NCBI RefSeq assembly: GCF_001194135.2
Contig: NC_068993.1
Span: 37,740,915-37,791,607 of the forward strand
Length of the DNA: 50,693 nt
Reading direction: 5' to 3'
Source: Octopus bimaculoides
Lineage: Eukaryota
Shown here: positions 24,847 through 36,806 of the stretch, one piece after another
Position numbering within the stretch: the first letter of the stretch is position 1
How the letters are laid out: each line of letters starts with the position of its first letter
Position numbers and translations under genes: made by a program
The notes under the pieces: generated by a model
Database searches by the model: none
Seen by the model: the letters and a program-made list of their open reading frames with translations, nothing else
What the model was told of the DNA's origin: nothing

Positions 24847-25546
24847 ACAAGAATATATACACACTAATTTATACACTTATGAGTGTGTATGCAGTCTTTT
24901 ATTCTTTTTACTTGTTTCAGTCATTTGACTGCGGCCATGCTGGAGCACCGCCTTTAGTCGAACAAATCGACCCGAGCACTTATTCTATTAGGTTCTTATG
25001 CCGAATGGCTAAGTTACGGGGACATAAATACACCGACATCGGTTGTCAAGCGACGGTGGGGGACAAACACAGACAAATATATCATATATNNNNNNNNNNN
25101 NNNNNNNNNNNNNNNNNNNNNNNNNNNNNNNNNNNNNNNNNNNNNNNNNNNNNNNNNNNNNNNNNNNNNNNNNNNNNNNNNNNNNNNNNNNNNNNNNNNN
25201 NNNNNNNNNNNNNNNNNNNNNNNNNNNNNNNNNNNNNNNNNNNNNNNNNNNNNNNNNNNNNNNNNNNNNNNNNNNNNNNNNNNNNNNNNNNNNNNNNNNN
25301 NNNNNNNNNNNNNNNNNNNNNNNNNNNNNNNNNNNNNNNNNNNNNNNNNNNNNNNNNNNNNNNNNNNNNNNNNNNNNNNNNNNNNNNNNNNNNNNNNNNN
25401 NNNNNNNNNNNNNNNNNNNNNNNNNNNNNNNNNNNNNNNNNNNNNNNNNNNNGAGAAAGGAACGAAAGTGCTAATGATAATGAAGAAATAAAAAGATTTT
25501 TTTTCCAAAATTCTGACGACTTTTATTCTCAATATATATGTATATG

Positions 25547-25607
<61 letters not shown>

Positions 25608-26214
25608 GCGCATATATATGTTTGTATGTATGTATATGTACGTACGTACACATACGCTTTTGAAAATAAATGATTTAGAATATCTCTTGAAGGTTATTGT
25701 CTTACATCTTCAATCCAAATTGGTTAAGAACTATTTTCATTTCACAAATTTACAAGTAATTACTTTTTTTCATCATTTATCTCTTTTATTTTTTTACCTT
25801 ATTACATTATTTATTAAAAAGCCTGTTTGGATCTTTTTCTTACGAATTATGAATTATTTAAAGGTACAGATTGAAAAAATCCGTACCCCGATGAAAGACG
25901 ACTGTTATTATTTTGTGACATAAAATAAAAACAAAGACACCTCTATTAATGCAGTGGTTCTCATATAAGCAAACCTGTGACCACCACCTCCTAAAATATT
26001 TGGGAAATTTGTAGTCATCTTTGCCCTTCTTTATTAACGCGATGACAAATTGGATTTTGCACCTATATAATACTCCATTTATAATATAATTCTTCAGTTT
26101 TTGCCGAAGTCTTTGGTAAGTTCTAAAATTTGGAAATTATTTTATTAACATGCCTAATTTAATTTTCTTACTTGTAGGGTCTGGAGGAAGTGACGGTGCC
26201 CATGGCTTTTGCAG

Positions 26215-26415
26215 GGCCTTCCTAGATTGGTGAGATTGATATCATTAATGTTCTTCTTGAATCTTTGTAAGACAACATCTGCAGACAAAATATGGCCAAG
26301 GAGGGAATTCCAGAGGGCCTTGCTTTGGGAAGAAAGGACTGGGTACAAGTATTAGCATGGGGTCTGGGGATTAGGATACAAAATAAGGGTTATGGGAAGA
26401 GGAGCAATTTCCATC
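26215..26415 (-). mobile_element. CR1/L2-group LINE 3' remnant (diverged sister copy at ~26715-26880)
   Basis: TQSFLPK...LWNSLLGHILSADVVLQRFKKNIN resembles the SF.PR...LWNSLP....FK terminal motif. Confidence 0.6.
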
Positions 26416-27039
26416 GATCGAACCAATTTCACTCACAAAACTTTAGTCCATCCAAAGCTTTAGATAACGACACTTGTGCAAGTTGCCGTACAGTGAGAGT
26501 GAACCCGAAACTCCGTGGTTACGAAGAGAACATCTTAACGTCATAGTCAAACCTGTTAGAGGTTTGTCACAGTTTGAGAAACTGATGATAGCCTTGAGCA
26601 AGTATCTTCTGCCTTGGCGATATTAACGTTAGCCTTCAGCAAGTGTGTGTCTTCTAACGTAGACTTCTGTCGACCAAATCCTTGCGAGTTCAGTTTGGAA
26701 ACTATGTGGAATCTTTGTAAGAAAAAATCTGCAGATAAAATATAACCAGGGTGGGAGTGGGAAATTCTAGAGGGCTATGCTTGGGGGAGAAAGGAGTGAG
26801 TGCGAAGGCTAGTGTGGGGTCTGGGGAGTTGGGTACGAAACAAGGGTTATGGGAGGAGGAGCAATTTCCATCGACCACTATGTGGAATCCCATCGTTTCC
26901 TGTGTTTTTTAGGGTGGGTGGGGTTGAGTGGGGGGTTGTCGACAGTTAGACTTAATCTCCTCCTTAGCTTAACGCCACCAACATCTGGACCTTCGGTGCC
27001 TTCCGCAAAGTCCACTCTGTCGTAACCATTTGAAATAGT

Positions 27040-27340
27040 TCATATGGCGTAGTGGTTAAGAGCGCGGGCTACTAACCCCAAGATTCCGAGTTCGATTCCA
27101 GGCAGTGACCTGAATGATAATAATAATAATAATAATAATAAATAATAATAATAATAATAATAAGAAGAAGAAGAAGAACAACAACAACATCGAAAAATAC
27201 CTTAGGAATGAGAACCCAGGTTCGAAATTTCCTGAAGACACCTGATGAAGGCTGGAGGGTATATCAGCCGAAACGTTGTGTTAACAAAAAACAAGATGAG
27301 GACAAATATCTGTCAATTGTAAATAATGTAAATAATGTAT
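27040..27340 (+). mobile_element. tRNA-headed SINE-like element with internal (AAT)n/(AAG)n/(AAC)n and a hammerhead-containing tail
   Basis: A-box TGGCGTAGTGG 27045-27055, B-box GTTCGATTCC 27090-27099, anticodon-like arm GGG-CTACTAA-CCC; tail contains CTGATGA...GAAAC and ends in (TGTAAATAA)x2. Confidence 0.7.
27237..27282 (+). ncRNA. minimal type-I hammerhead ribozyme motif
   Basis: Helix I GACAC/GTGTT; core CTGATGA 27242-27248; extra A; helix II GGCTG/CAGCC; GAAA 27270-27273; palindromic helix III AACGTT; NUH = GUU. Confidence 0.65.
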
Positions 27341-29040
27341 ATATAGTTTTAAGAGTTATTTTTTTCTGTGCGACCGAAACCAAATAATCCACCGCTCGAT
27401 ATTGTTCCGTAGTCCGGTGGGTCAGGACGCCTGCTTTAATGGACGAAAAAATAAAGCTGATTCGAACTCACTTCATTGCACATTTAATCTAATACTTTAA
27501 ACAGTCTGCTAATTTGCCGTGTAATATTTCTAACTATCGCCTGTCTTTACGTTCTGAGGTCGATTTTGGCTTTCATTCTTTCGTGGTCGATAAATTAAGT
27601 ACCAGTTACACACTGGGTCGGTCTAATCGACTGGCCCCCTCCCCCAAAATTTCGGGCCTTGTGTCTAGAGTAGAAAAGAATATTTCTAACTACACCCATC
27701 CAGCTACTACTTCTATCAAAATATCGATGTTGAGTGGGGCGGGACACGTCTACTTAATAGATTCAATAACACTGAGTAACATAATTCTTGTCGTTGGGTT
27801 GTAACTTTTATTTCCTATTTGCTTACACCTAGAAAGTATGAAAAATGGCTAATATTTCCTTCAAATTTTGCTTTGGTTACATTTATTCANNNNNNNNNNN
27901 NNNNNNNNNNNNNNNNNNNNNNNNNNNNNNNNNNNNNNNNNNNNNNNNNNNNNNNNNNNNNNNNNNNNNNNNNNNNNNNNNNNNNNNNNNNNNNNNNNNN
28001 NNNNNNNNNNNNNNNNNNNNNNNNNNNNNNNNNNNNNNNNNNNNNNNNNNNNNNNNNNNNNNNNNNNNNNNNNNNNNNNNNNNNNNNNNNNNNNNNNNNN
28101 NNNNNNNNNNNNNNNNNNNNNNNNNNNNNNNNNNNNNNNNNNNNNNNNNNNNNNNNNNNNNNNNNNNNNNNNNNNGTAATTCAAAATATAAACAATAACA
28201 TTGCCCTTGGTTAGTAACTGCTATTTCCTATTTGCTTACACCTAGAAAGTATGAAAAATGGCTAATATTTCCTTCAAATTTTGCTTTGGTTACATTTATT
28301 CAAACCTCCAAAGAATCTCTTTCAACGCATGGCTATGATGCTCCCCCACTACACCTGCTCATGATTAGATATGCACATATTGTCAACCACTAAGGATCAT
28401 GCTCAAGTGGTTAAGCTCAAGCACCTGACAAGCAAATCTGTTGTATTGAACAGAATATTTGCTATAACGATATTTCTGCTTCAGCAACTCAGCGCTGAAT
28501 CTGTCCGAAATGTAATGGAAAATAGGTAAGTTTGAAGACATCGATGTTGAGATCAGAAAAGCAAATTTTGAAGGCAATATTAGTCGTTTCCTTTGATTTC
28601 TAGATAGAAGCAAATAGGAAATAAGACAAAAAGAAAAAGACCAAAGGCAAAAAGAAAAAAAAATTGTTACACAGTAAAAAATAAGAATTTCATTCATTTT
28701 TAACTATAATGGTTTCTAATTTAGACAGAAGAGTTGAAATTTAGGGAATGGAATTAATCCATGCAATAGGTCCCAGTACTAGAATGGTACTTTATCTTAT
28801 TGACCTCACCAAAATATCTTTAATAAAAGTAGTATTAATGTGAGCTACGATCACAACAAACATTTTCTGCTTCCATAGCCAGCATAAACAGAAAACAGTT
28901 CAGTGCTCACACGTAAAACCCTTATCATTTACGTAATTGCAACAACCATAACATTGAAGTCAGAAGCTTCATGCGTATAGTATATGTATTAGTATGTGTA
29001 TATAAGTATGTATAAGTGTGTGTATATGTGTGTAAGTGTG

Positions 29041-29077
<37 letters not shown>

Positions 29078-29264
29078 AGAGAAAGAGAGATAGAGAGAAA
29101 GGAAGAGAGGAAGTGAGAGAGGGAGAGAGAGAGAGATAAAGAGATAGTTATATATATGTGTATATAGTAAGTGAAGCATTTGAGTTTCACGTTGCCGATT
29201 ATTCAAGTGGCTGAAGATGAGAAGCAGCGTGACAATTTATAAGCAAAATTACTTTCATCATTTT

Positions 29265-29995
29265 TTCCCCAATATTTCGTATTTGTTCTCTGACTGATTT
29301 TCATCAATCTTTCTTTTCATCAAGTTCCTTCAAATGGCTTGTTCCGAAGCAGCTAAGGTCAGCAATTCAGATTCTTGCTCCAGGTTTCCATATATCAGCC
29401 ACAACTAGCGCTCTTCACTTCCAGCAGTATCGGTTTGTTACGTGAAATGACCATAATAATGCCTTCTCTTTTCTATCGTTCTTGAATTTTCTGTTTCAGC
29501 GACTTTTTGGATATTTCTGCCTCAGATAATGTTTATTTCTTTATTGCCCATACGGGGGCTAAACACAGAGGGGACAAACAAGGGAAGACAAAGGGATTAA
29601 GTCGATTACATCTACCCCAGTGCATAACTGGTACTTATTTAATCTACCCCGAAAGGATGAAAAACAAAGTCGACCTCAGCAGAATTTGAACTCAGATAAT
29701 ATTGTTTCTTCACTACGCACAGCGTAGTTTTTCAAACCTAATATTTCAGAATTGACAGTCTAGCACATTTAACATACTCCTCCATCCATCTCGGACAGTG
29801 GAGCCTATCGATGTTCCTTTTAGAGTCGTACGCGTTATGAATTGTGAACAGGTTCATAGTTCTTCTATCGAATTCTTGTAGCTCTGACTTTGTCCTCTTT
29901 CGAAAAAGGAGCAGAGTATCTCAATATTGTCACAATCAACGTATTCGTTGCCTTGATGACATTATCTCCAGTTAGTCATGTTTCGTGTATCTTCA
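29265..29995 (-). mobile_element. decayed R4/Dong-clade retrotransposon ORF fragments split by a family C SINE
   Basis: 29770-29995 gives GDNVIKATNTLIVTILRYSA..TKSELQEFDRRTMNLFTIHNAYDSKG.IDRLH; 29265-29500 gives GHF..QTD..LWLIYGNLEQESELLTLAASEQAI..KRKIDE. Both match the post-RT region of R4-clade elements, in colinear order. Confidence 0.8.
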
Positions 29996-31399
29996 TAATT
30001 CCATGTTTGTGTTCTGTGGAGGCTTTCTCTTTCATTTTTCCTTTCAGCGCCCTATCTCAGCATTTTTCAAACTGTAGGTCCCGACCCTTCAGTTGGTCGC
30101 CACAAAAAAAGAAGGAAAGAAAAAATTGCAAGTGGATGCAAGGGCAGAATATCCAGCGTTTTTCAAACTGTGTCCCAGAAGTCAAGGGACGACAAGGTTT
30201 TGCATCTAAAGACGATAAAAAAATGAAGTGCCATACAATTGGGGGAAAAAAAAACAAACAAAAACAAACAATACTTGAGTGTAAAATAAAAGCTTTTTTT
30301 TATAAAATTTACAACACTGAATGAGTAAAACTGGATTTACATGGAGAGGGATTTATGTAAAATATATGAGGTGCCTATAAAGACCATCTTTTGCAATTCA
30401 CTTATTTTGGTGTTGCCAAAAATTTGCTCTGCCTATTTGTTAGCTCCATTTGAATTCATTCCAAATGCTCCAGTAACAATGGGTAATGTTGGAGGATGTT
30501 AAAGGAACTGTAAAAACAGCTTTTGTCAGGTAGAATTGGTAGATTGAGGACGGTAACTCAGGAAAATGTGAAAAATTACAATGGATGACTAATGGTGGAA
30601 CTTCATTGCTGATATGTTTTTGTGATATGCGAAGGCGTGGCTGGTGGTGGCTGCGTGGTAAAAAGCTTGCTTCTCGACCACATGGTTCTAGGTTCAGTTC
30701 CAGTACATGGAGCTTCGGGCAAGTGCCTTTTGATATAGCCTCGGACCGACCAAAGTCTTGCGAGTGGATTAGATAGAAGCCCACCGTATATATATATATA
30801 TATATATATATACGCTGGGCTTCTTTCAGTTTCCGTCTGTCTAATCCAGACTATATATANNNNNNNNNNNNNNNNNNNNNNNNNNNNNNNNNNNNNNNNN
30901 NNNNNNNNNNNNNNNNNNNNNNNNNNNNNNNNNNNNNNNNNNNNNNNNNNNNNNNNNNNNNNNNNNNNNNNNNNNNNNNNNNNNNNNNNNTATATATATA
31001 TATATATCCTGGTACTTATTCTATCGGATCTCTTTTGTCGAACCACTAAGTTATGGGAACGTAATCACACAAACACCGGTTGTCAAGTAATGGTGGGGGA
31101 CAAATGCAGGCACGAAGACACACACACAGTGTATGTGTGTCTTCGTGTCTGTGCTTGTCCCCCCACCATCGCTTGACAATCGGTGTTTGTGTGTTTACGT
31201 TCCCCTGACTTAGCCGTTCGACAATAAAGATCTGATAGAATAAGTACTAGGATTAAAAAATTCAAGTTCTGGGGTCGATTCATTCCACTAGAAATCTTTC
31301 AAGGCGGTGCTCCAGCATGGCCGCAGTCTAATGACTGAAATAAGTAAAAGATAAAAGATAGGATGTGTTACATTTGTTATGGATATCATTCTTAGAGGT

Positions 31400-31645
31400 A
31401 TCATTCATAGAAGGAGTTAAATCAAGACAGCTACTTGCCATCATAACCTTCGTGGACTTCAGCAAAGCGTTTGACAGCATCGATCTTTACAAAATGCTGA
31501 ATATCCTTCGAGTGTATGGCACCTACTTCGTGGTTACGTAAGAAGAGGAAAACGTCATCACACATCGACAGCTTGATTGCAGACACTGGCCTGGAATGTA
31601 TCCAAAGCCTCGAAACGGTGATGATGGACCGAGAAGTGTGGCGGG
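31400..31645 (+). mobile_element. internally deleted RTE-X-like LINE fragment
   Basis: IEGVKSRQLLAIITFVDFSKAFDSIDLYKMLNILRVYG (RT motif), then HIDSLIADTGLECIQSLETVMMDREVWR (RTE-type C-terminus). Confidence 0.75.
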
Positions 31646-33409
31646 TGGATTTTGTTGCTGTGGCACTGGTTGGAGCTTGGCCATAATAAAAATAATCATT
31701 CTTAGCCACTGTCAAACTGTTATTGTTAAGCCCCGAGTTTTGAACATCTCGATTTTTACCTAATTTGTCCTTCCTTGTTTGAGTTAGCGAAATTAAAAAT
31801 TTAGCTGCTATTTCTGGCAGGTCTAGTGAATACGTAGCGGCTTCCAGATGAATAAGAAACGAGGATGATAAGAATTACTGAGTAATTCTTTAGCTTCATG
31901 TTAAATTGTTTTTGTTTATAACTCGACATAAAACGAACATTAATATATATATTGTAAACGTCGTAAGAATTTAGAAACTTCGTGAAATAACTCTTTTTAG
32001 GAACGGTGACTCTCGAAGAAAGTAAAACTATAAGTAACAGCGTGTTAATATTGAGTTAAAAACCTTTTGGATAGAAAAGGTCGAAGGCTGCCCGAGGGAC
32101 TCGAACTCACATCTGTAAATATGACAGGCATTCTACCACCGGATCAAAGCAAAAAGAATAAGCGTTTTTGAGTATGTGTGTTTCATTAACACTCGATTGT
32201 GTTCCCGGTTTATCTTTTATAGATTTTCTAATATTTTCGTACCTGTTTCTTGAACTTTGTTTGGAACAATAAACTTCCTAAAACCATATTCAACGTTTCA
32301 AGAGCTTCACTTTCTTATTTCCAAGAATTGAAATAGATTTGGCGTCTGCGCTGCGCCTTATATTCTGGGTAAAATTTTGTAGTCTTTTATGCCAAAGATT
32401 TTTTATTTTGTTACCTTTAAGTTTCCACATCAGTCACGTATAATTGTTTTGTTGCCATATGGAAATATCAGAAGCCATGTGCTAATTTGGTAATGTTTGT
32501 ATTGTGTGTTTATTTTAGCATTGTGTTGAGATATGAGTGTGGCTTTCATGATGCATCTATTTTATCCTCTTGTCTTTTGTTTTGTAGTATGTGGTATAGA
32601 GTATTGCGATTGCTACTGGTAAATGCATCGTGAGCCTACGAGAGAACATTGTACTAGTATGTCCAATATAACAGTGGAGTCCTGAAGTTTAAAACTTCCA
32701 GTTTCACAATCCAATTTGTAGATTACGTTTCCATAAGTAGCTTATTCTCGGATCTGAACTTTGACTCACCATCCTTTATTTTCAACTAAATTTTAAAGTA
32801 TTATTTCATAACCTCACACGTACTGAAAGCAAAAGAAAACACACAGACATACATATGTACATACAGTCGTTCATGATCAGTCTATTCTTCCAGGATATTA
32901 TGAATTTTATGATTATGTATCATTGAGGCAAAGTTTTATAGCTGTATGCTCATCCTATCACTAATCTTCATTTGTTTTTCAAGTAAGAGCTTTTATTCCA
33001 CATTCTGAAAGTGATGAGCTGGCAGCTAGTTTATTGAGTAGATAACTTGCATTTTCAAGCAAATCACGCAGCTGTAAACATCTGCATATATAGGTATGTA
33101 GTTCTTCAATTGAAACTGAGAGTGCATCTTGCAACTTGGTTTTCATGCCACTGTAATTTTTAGGCAAGGATGTGGAATAAGATTCAAGTTGCGAGACAAA
33201 TTCTTTTTCAATAAAAAAGCCATATCATGTACATCTACTCAGCATCCCATTCTAATTCATTTGCTATAAACGAACACACATACATATTCATAAATCCACA
33301 ATAGGCCTTCTACAGTCTCTACCTACCAAATTCATTCAAATGGCACTGCTTTGTCTGTGATTATTGTAGAAGACACTTGTGAAGCGATATCTATCTATAT
33401 ATGTTTATC

Positions 33410-33795
33410 TCTTACTTGCTTCAGTCATTAGACTGTGGCCATGCTGGGGCACCACCTTGAAGAATTTTTAGTGGAACAAATCGACTCCCATACTCATTCC
33501 TTTTGTTAAGCCTGGGACTTATCCTATCAGTCTCTTTTGCCAAACTGCTAAGACACAGGGACATAAACACACCATCACCGGTTGTCAAGTGGTGGGGGTG
33601 AGCAAACACAGAGATATACATATATATATATATATATTATACATGATGGCTTCTTTCAGTTTCCATCTACCAAATCCACTTGCATGGCTTTTGTCGACCC
33701 AAGGCTAGAGTAGAAGACATTTGCCCAGGGTGTCATGCAATGGGACTGAACCCAGAACCATGAAGTTGGGAAGCAAGGTACTTACCACACATGCC
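33410..33795 (-). mobile_element. bipartite family AB SINE, full copy
   Basis: Same B, (TA)n, A order as 1866-2310. Confidence 0.85.
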
Positions 33796-34670
33796 TCACA
33801 CAAACACGATAAAATAAAGCAAGACAAATAAAAAATAAAAAGAAAGTAATAATAAAAAACAGAGAAACATCTTTATTAAGGTTTTTGTCTGAGATTTTGA
33901 TGAGTCTTTTGTTTATTTCTTCTTGTCTTGTTTTTTTTTGCTTTGTTGTTGTTTTTTGGTAAATTTGAAAAGTTTATAGGTGAATTTAGTGCTAAAGAGT
34001 TACTTTGTGCACTGTCAAAAAAAAAAAAAAAGAAAAAAACTAGAAAATACTGTGTTTATTATTATTATTATNNNNNNNNNNNNNNNNNNNNNNNNNNNNN
34101 NNNNNNNNNNNNNNNNNNNNNNNNNNNNNNNNNNNNNNNNNNNNNNNNNNNNNNNNNNNNNNNNNNNNNNNNNNNNNNNNNNNNNNNNNNNNNNNNNNNN
34201 NNNNNNNNNNNNNNNNNNNNNNNNNNNNNNNNNNNNNNNNNNNNNNNNNNNNNNNNNNNNNNNNNNNNNNNNNNNNNNNNNNNNNNNNNNNNNNNNNNNN
34301 NNNNNNNNNNNNNNNNNNNNNNNNNNNNNNNNNNNNNNNNNNNNNNNNNNNNNNNNNNNNNNNNNNNNNNNNNNNNNNNNNNNNNNNNNNNNNNNNNNNN
34401 NNNNNNNNNNNNNNNNNNNNNNNNNNNNNNNNNNNNNNNNNNNNNNNNNNNNNNNNNNNNNNNNNNNNNNNNNNNNNNNNNNNNNNNNNNNNNNNNNNNN
34501 NNNNNNNNNNNNNNNNNNNNNNNNNNNNNNNNNNNNNNNNNNNNNNNNNNNNNNNNNNNNNNNNNNNNNNNNNNNNNNNNNNNNNNNNNNNNNNNNNNNN
34601 NNNNNNNNNNNNNNNNNNNNNNNNNNNNNNNNNNNNNNNNNNNNNNNNNNNNNNNNNNNNNNNNNNNNNN

Positions 34671-34710
<40 letters not shown>

Positions 34711-36800
34711 ATATTTAACAGACAGGTCAAGTATATATAAAAATATAAATAGTTTTATTTTTCAGGGACTGAATTTGTCCTAAAAATTCTATTATGTTTC
34801 ATTCATTCTTTCATTCATAAGTAACCTGTTGGTGTAAGGTTAATAATAATAATTAAAAAAAAACCCACAAGATCTGCATATATTTTCCTTTTTGGCTACT
34901 ATTCAGGTAATTTGACCCATTCCAAATAAACAGAACATTTGACTTAAGCGAACTTAAAATAAACTTACGCTGCGTTATGTTGAACCACTGTTATTTTCCA
35001 CTTCAGTATTCCTAGGAAGGAACCTAACCATTTTGTTCTACTACATGCAACTTTACGAAAGCGGATAATAGTCAGTTGAAACTTTCCTCAGATGGAATTT
35101 GTTGAAACAGATTTTCAACACCTGCATATCCTTCCTGCTGATAACTCCGACCTGTCTCCCAAGTAAGGTAATATTTGCCCCTGGCCAGACATGTTTGCCT
35201 GAAAGATTGGAAACGAATGACACCACTTGTATGAAGGTGAAGCTCGTTTACAACCATCACACAATGTCAACACAAACATGTGCATATATATATATGCACA
35301 CACATTCAATGGGCTTCTTTTAGTTTCTGCCTATCAGATCCACTCACAATGCTTTGATTAGCCCAGGGCTATAAAAGACATTTGCCTAAGCTGCCACGCT
35401 GTGGAATTATATATAAAACTACATGGCTTGAAAACAAATTTCTTAACCACATAGCCATATTTACCAAAGCCACCTAACCTGAAGCAAAAGCACAAGTGAG
35501 TGAAATGACCTGCTCAAGATATGATCAATGAACAGATTGCATTCCTCTCCTATGTATACATAGCACATTAGTTTGAGCAATATTAGAACACTATAAACAA
35601 TATTTCCAAACCATTCTTTTGAATGATGATATGGAAATAGGATTTCATCAAAACATTTCTTTACTTCTAATATCATGCCTAATTTGAAAGCAGAGATTCA
35701 AGATTTGATTGACAAAATATATTTACCCCCATCCCGCCAAAAAATTAGTTCGAATTAAAAATAATTATTCCCCAGGGATACTTTGTAGTTAAAAAGTAAA
35801 CAAAACTAAGGAAAGATTTTTATTGTTGAGTAAATATTCAGCAAAAAAGGATGAACCTGTTAACTAAAAATTGGCATAAGATTTTTATTTTTAATAGTTA
35901 ATGATAGATTTTCAGCAGAAATATAATTAATATTAAGTGTACAAATTAAATCAACCCCTTTCTTCCAATTCGCTTTACACTGCCCCTCTTTCATAAAGTG
36001 AATTAAATTAAGCCTTCTATCAAAATTTCATGGTATTTTATGTCCTAAACACGAGCTTAATGGATGAAGGGGTTTTAATAAATTCATTATTTTCATCAAA
36101 AGCACTGTATTTCAACTGAAATGAGAAGTTTCAGACAATTCTACATAATTGGCATATGAATGGGCCATGATACTACCAAGCTTGTCTTAAAAATGACAAA
36201 ACAGATCCTCTTTTCTGGTGGTGCTATTAAGTTAGACATGGTCTGGGCCAATCTTTGGCCAAGACATTACAACCAACACACATCTGTACATGAATGCATG
36301 CATGTATGTATGTGTATATATATACACATATATAAAGACGTGTGTGTATAGGTTGTAAGGCAAACATATTGCTATACATTAAATCTTAAAGAGTGACTGA
36401 TTCCTTATTTCTTCTCTAATAGGGAACCACTACATAAGAAGAGGAGCATCCACGTGACATCATGTCATTTATTCTATTTCAACTCAGAAATAATTATAGA
36501 AAATGTGAAGTTTTTGCTCAGCTAATTAAGTACTTGTAGTAACTTTTGTTCTATTGTATGTATGGGGGGAAGCCCTTTATTTTGATTCTTAGAACAGAGT
36601 CCAGCAGAATAATGGACTAAATATTATCAACATCATCAATATCATCATCATCATCATCAAAGAATGCTGTTAGTTTGTGTTAACTTTTGGAGAAGGGGCA
36701 AGATTCCTGCCACCACAATTAGGTAACATACACACACACACACACACAAAATGCATAGCTTCTTTTTCCAAGACTGAGGTCAAAGGTTTTTTGTTTCTTT

Positions 36801-36806
36801 TTTATT
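36801..36806 (-). promoter_or_regulatory. candidate distal polyadenylation signal for SoxD
   Basis: AATAAA on the minus strand followed ~50-75 nt downstream by a TTTTG(TG)n GU-rich tract (36727-36752). Many other AATAAA hexamers exist in this AT-rich region. Confidence 0.25.

Noticed and set aside
26912-26935. Canonical G-quadruplex motif GGGTGGGTGGGGTTGAGTGGGGGG
   Set aside because: Real motif but intergenic, next to LINE debris; no evidence of function.
27808-28300. ~80 nt exact duplication either side of the 27890-28175 gap
   Set aside because: Identical sequence ending at a contig edge; most likely an assembly overlap.
32085-32150. tRNA-Asp-like sequence on the minus strand (A-box TGGTAGAATG, B-box GAGTTCGAGTCC)
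   Set aside because: No acceptor stem or complete cloverleaf; at most a decayed SINE head.
32979-33167. 62 aa minus-strand ORF with natural-looking composition
   Set aside because: No recognisable family and no convincing splice sites; could be TE debris.
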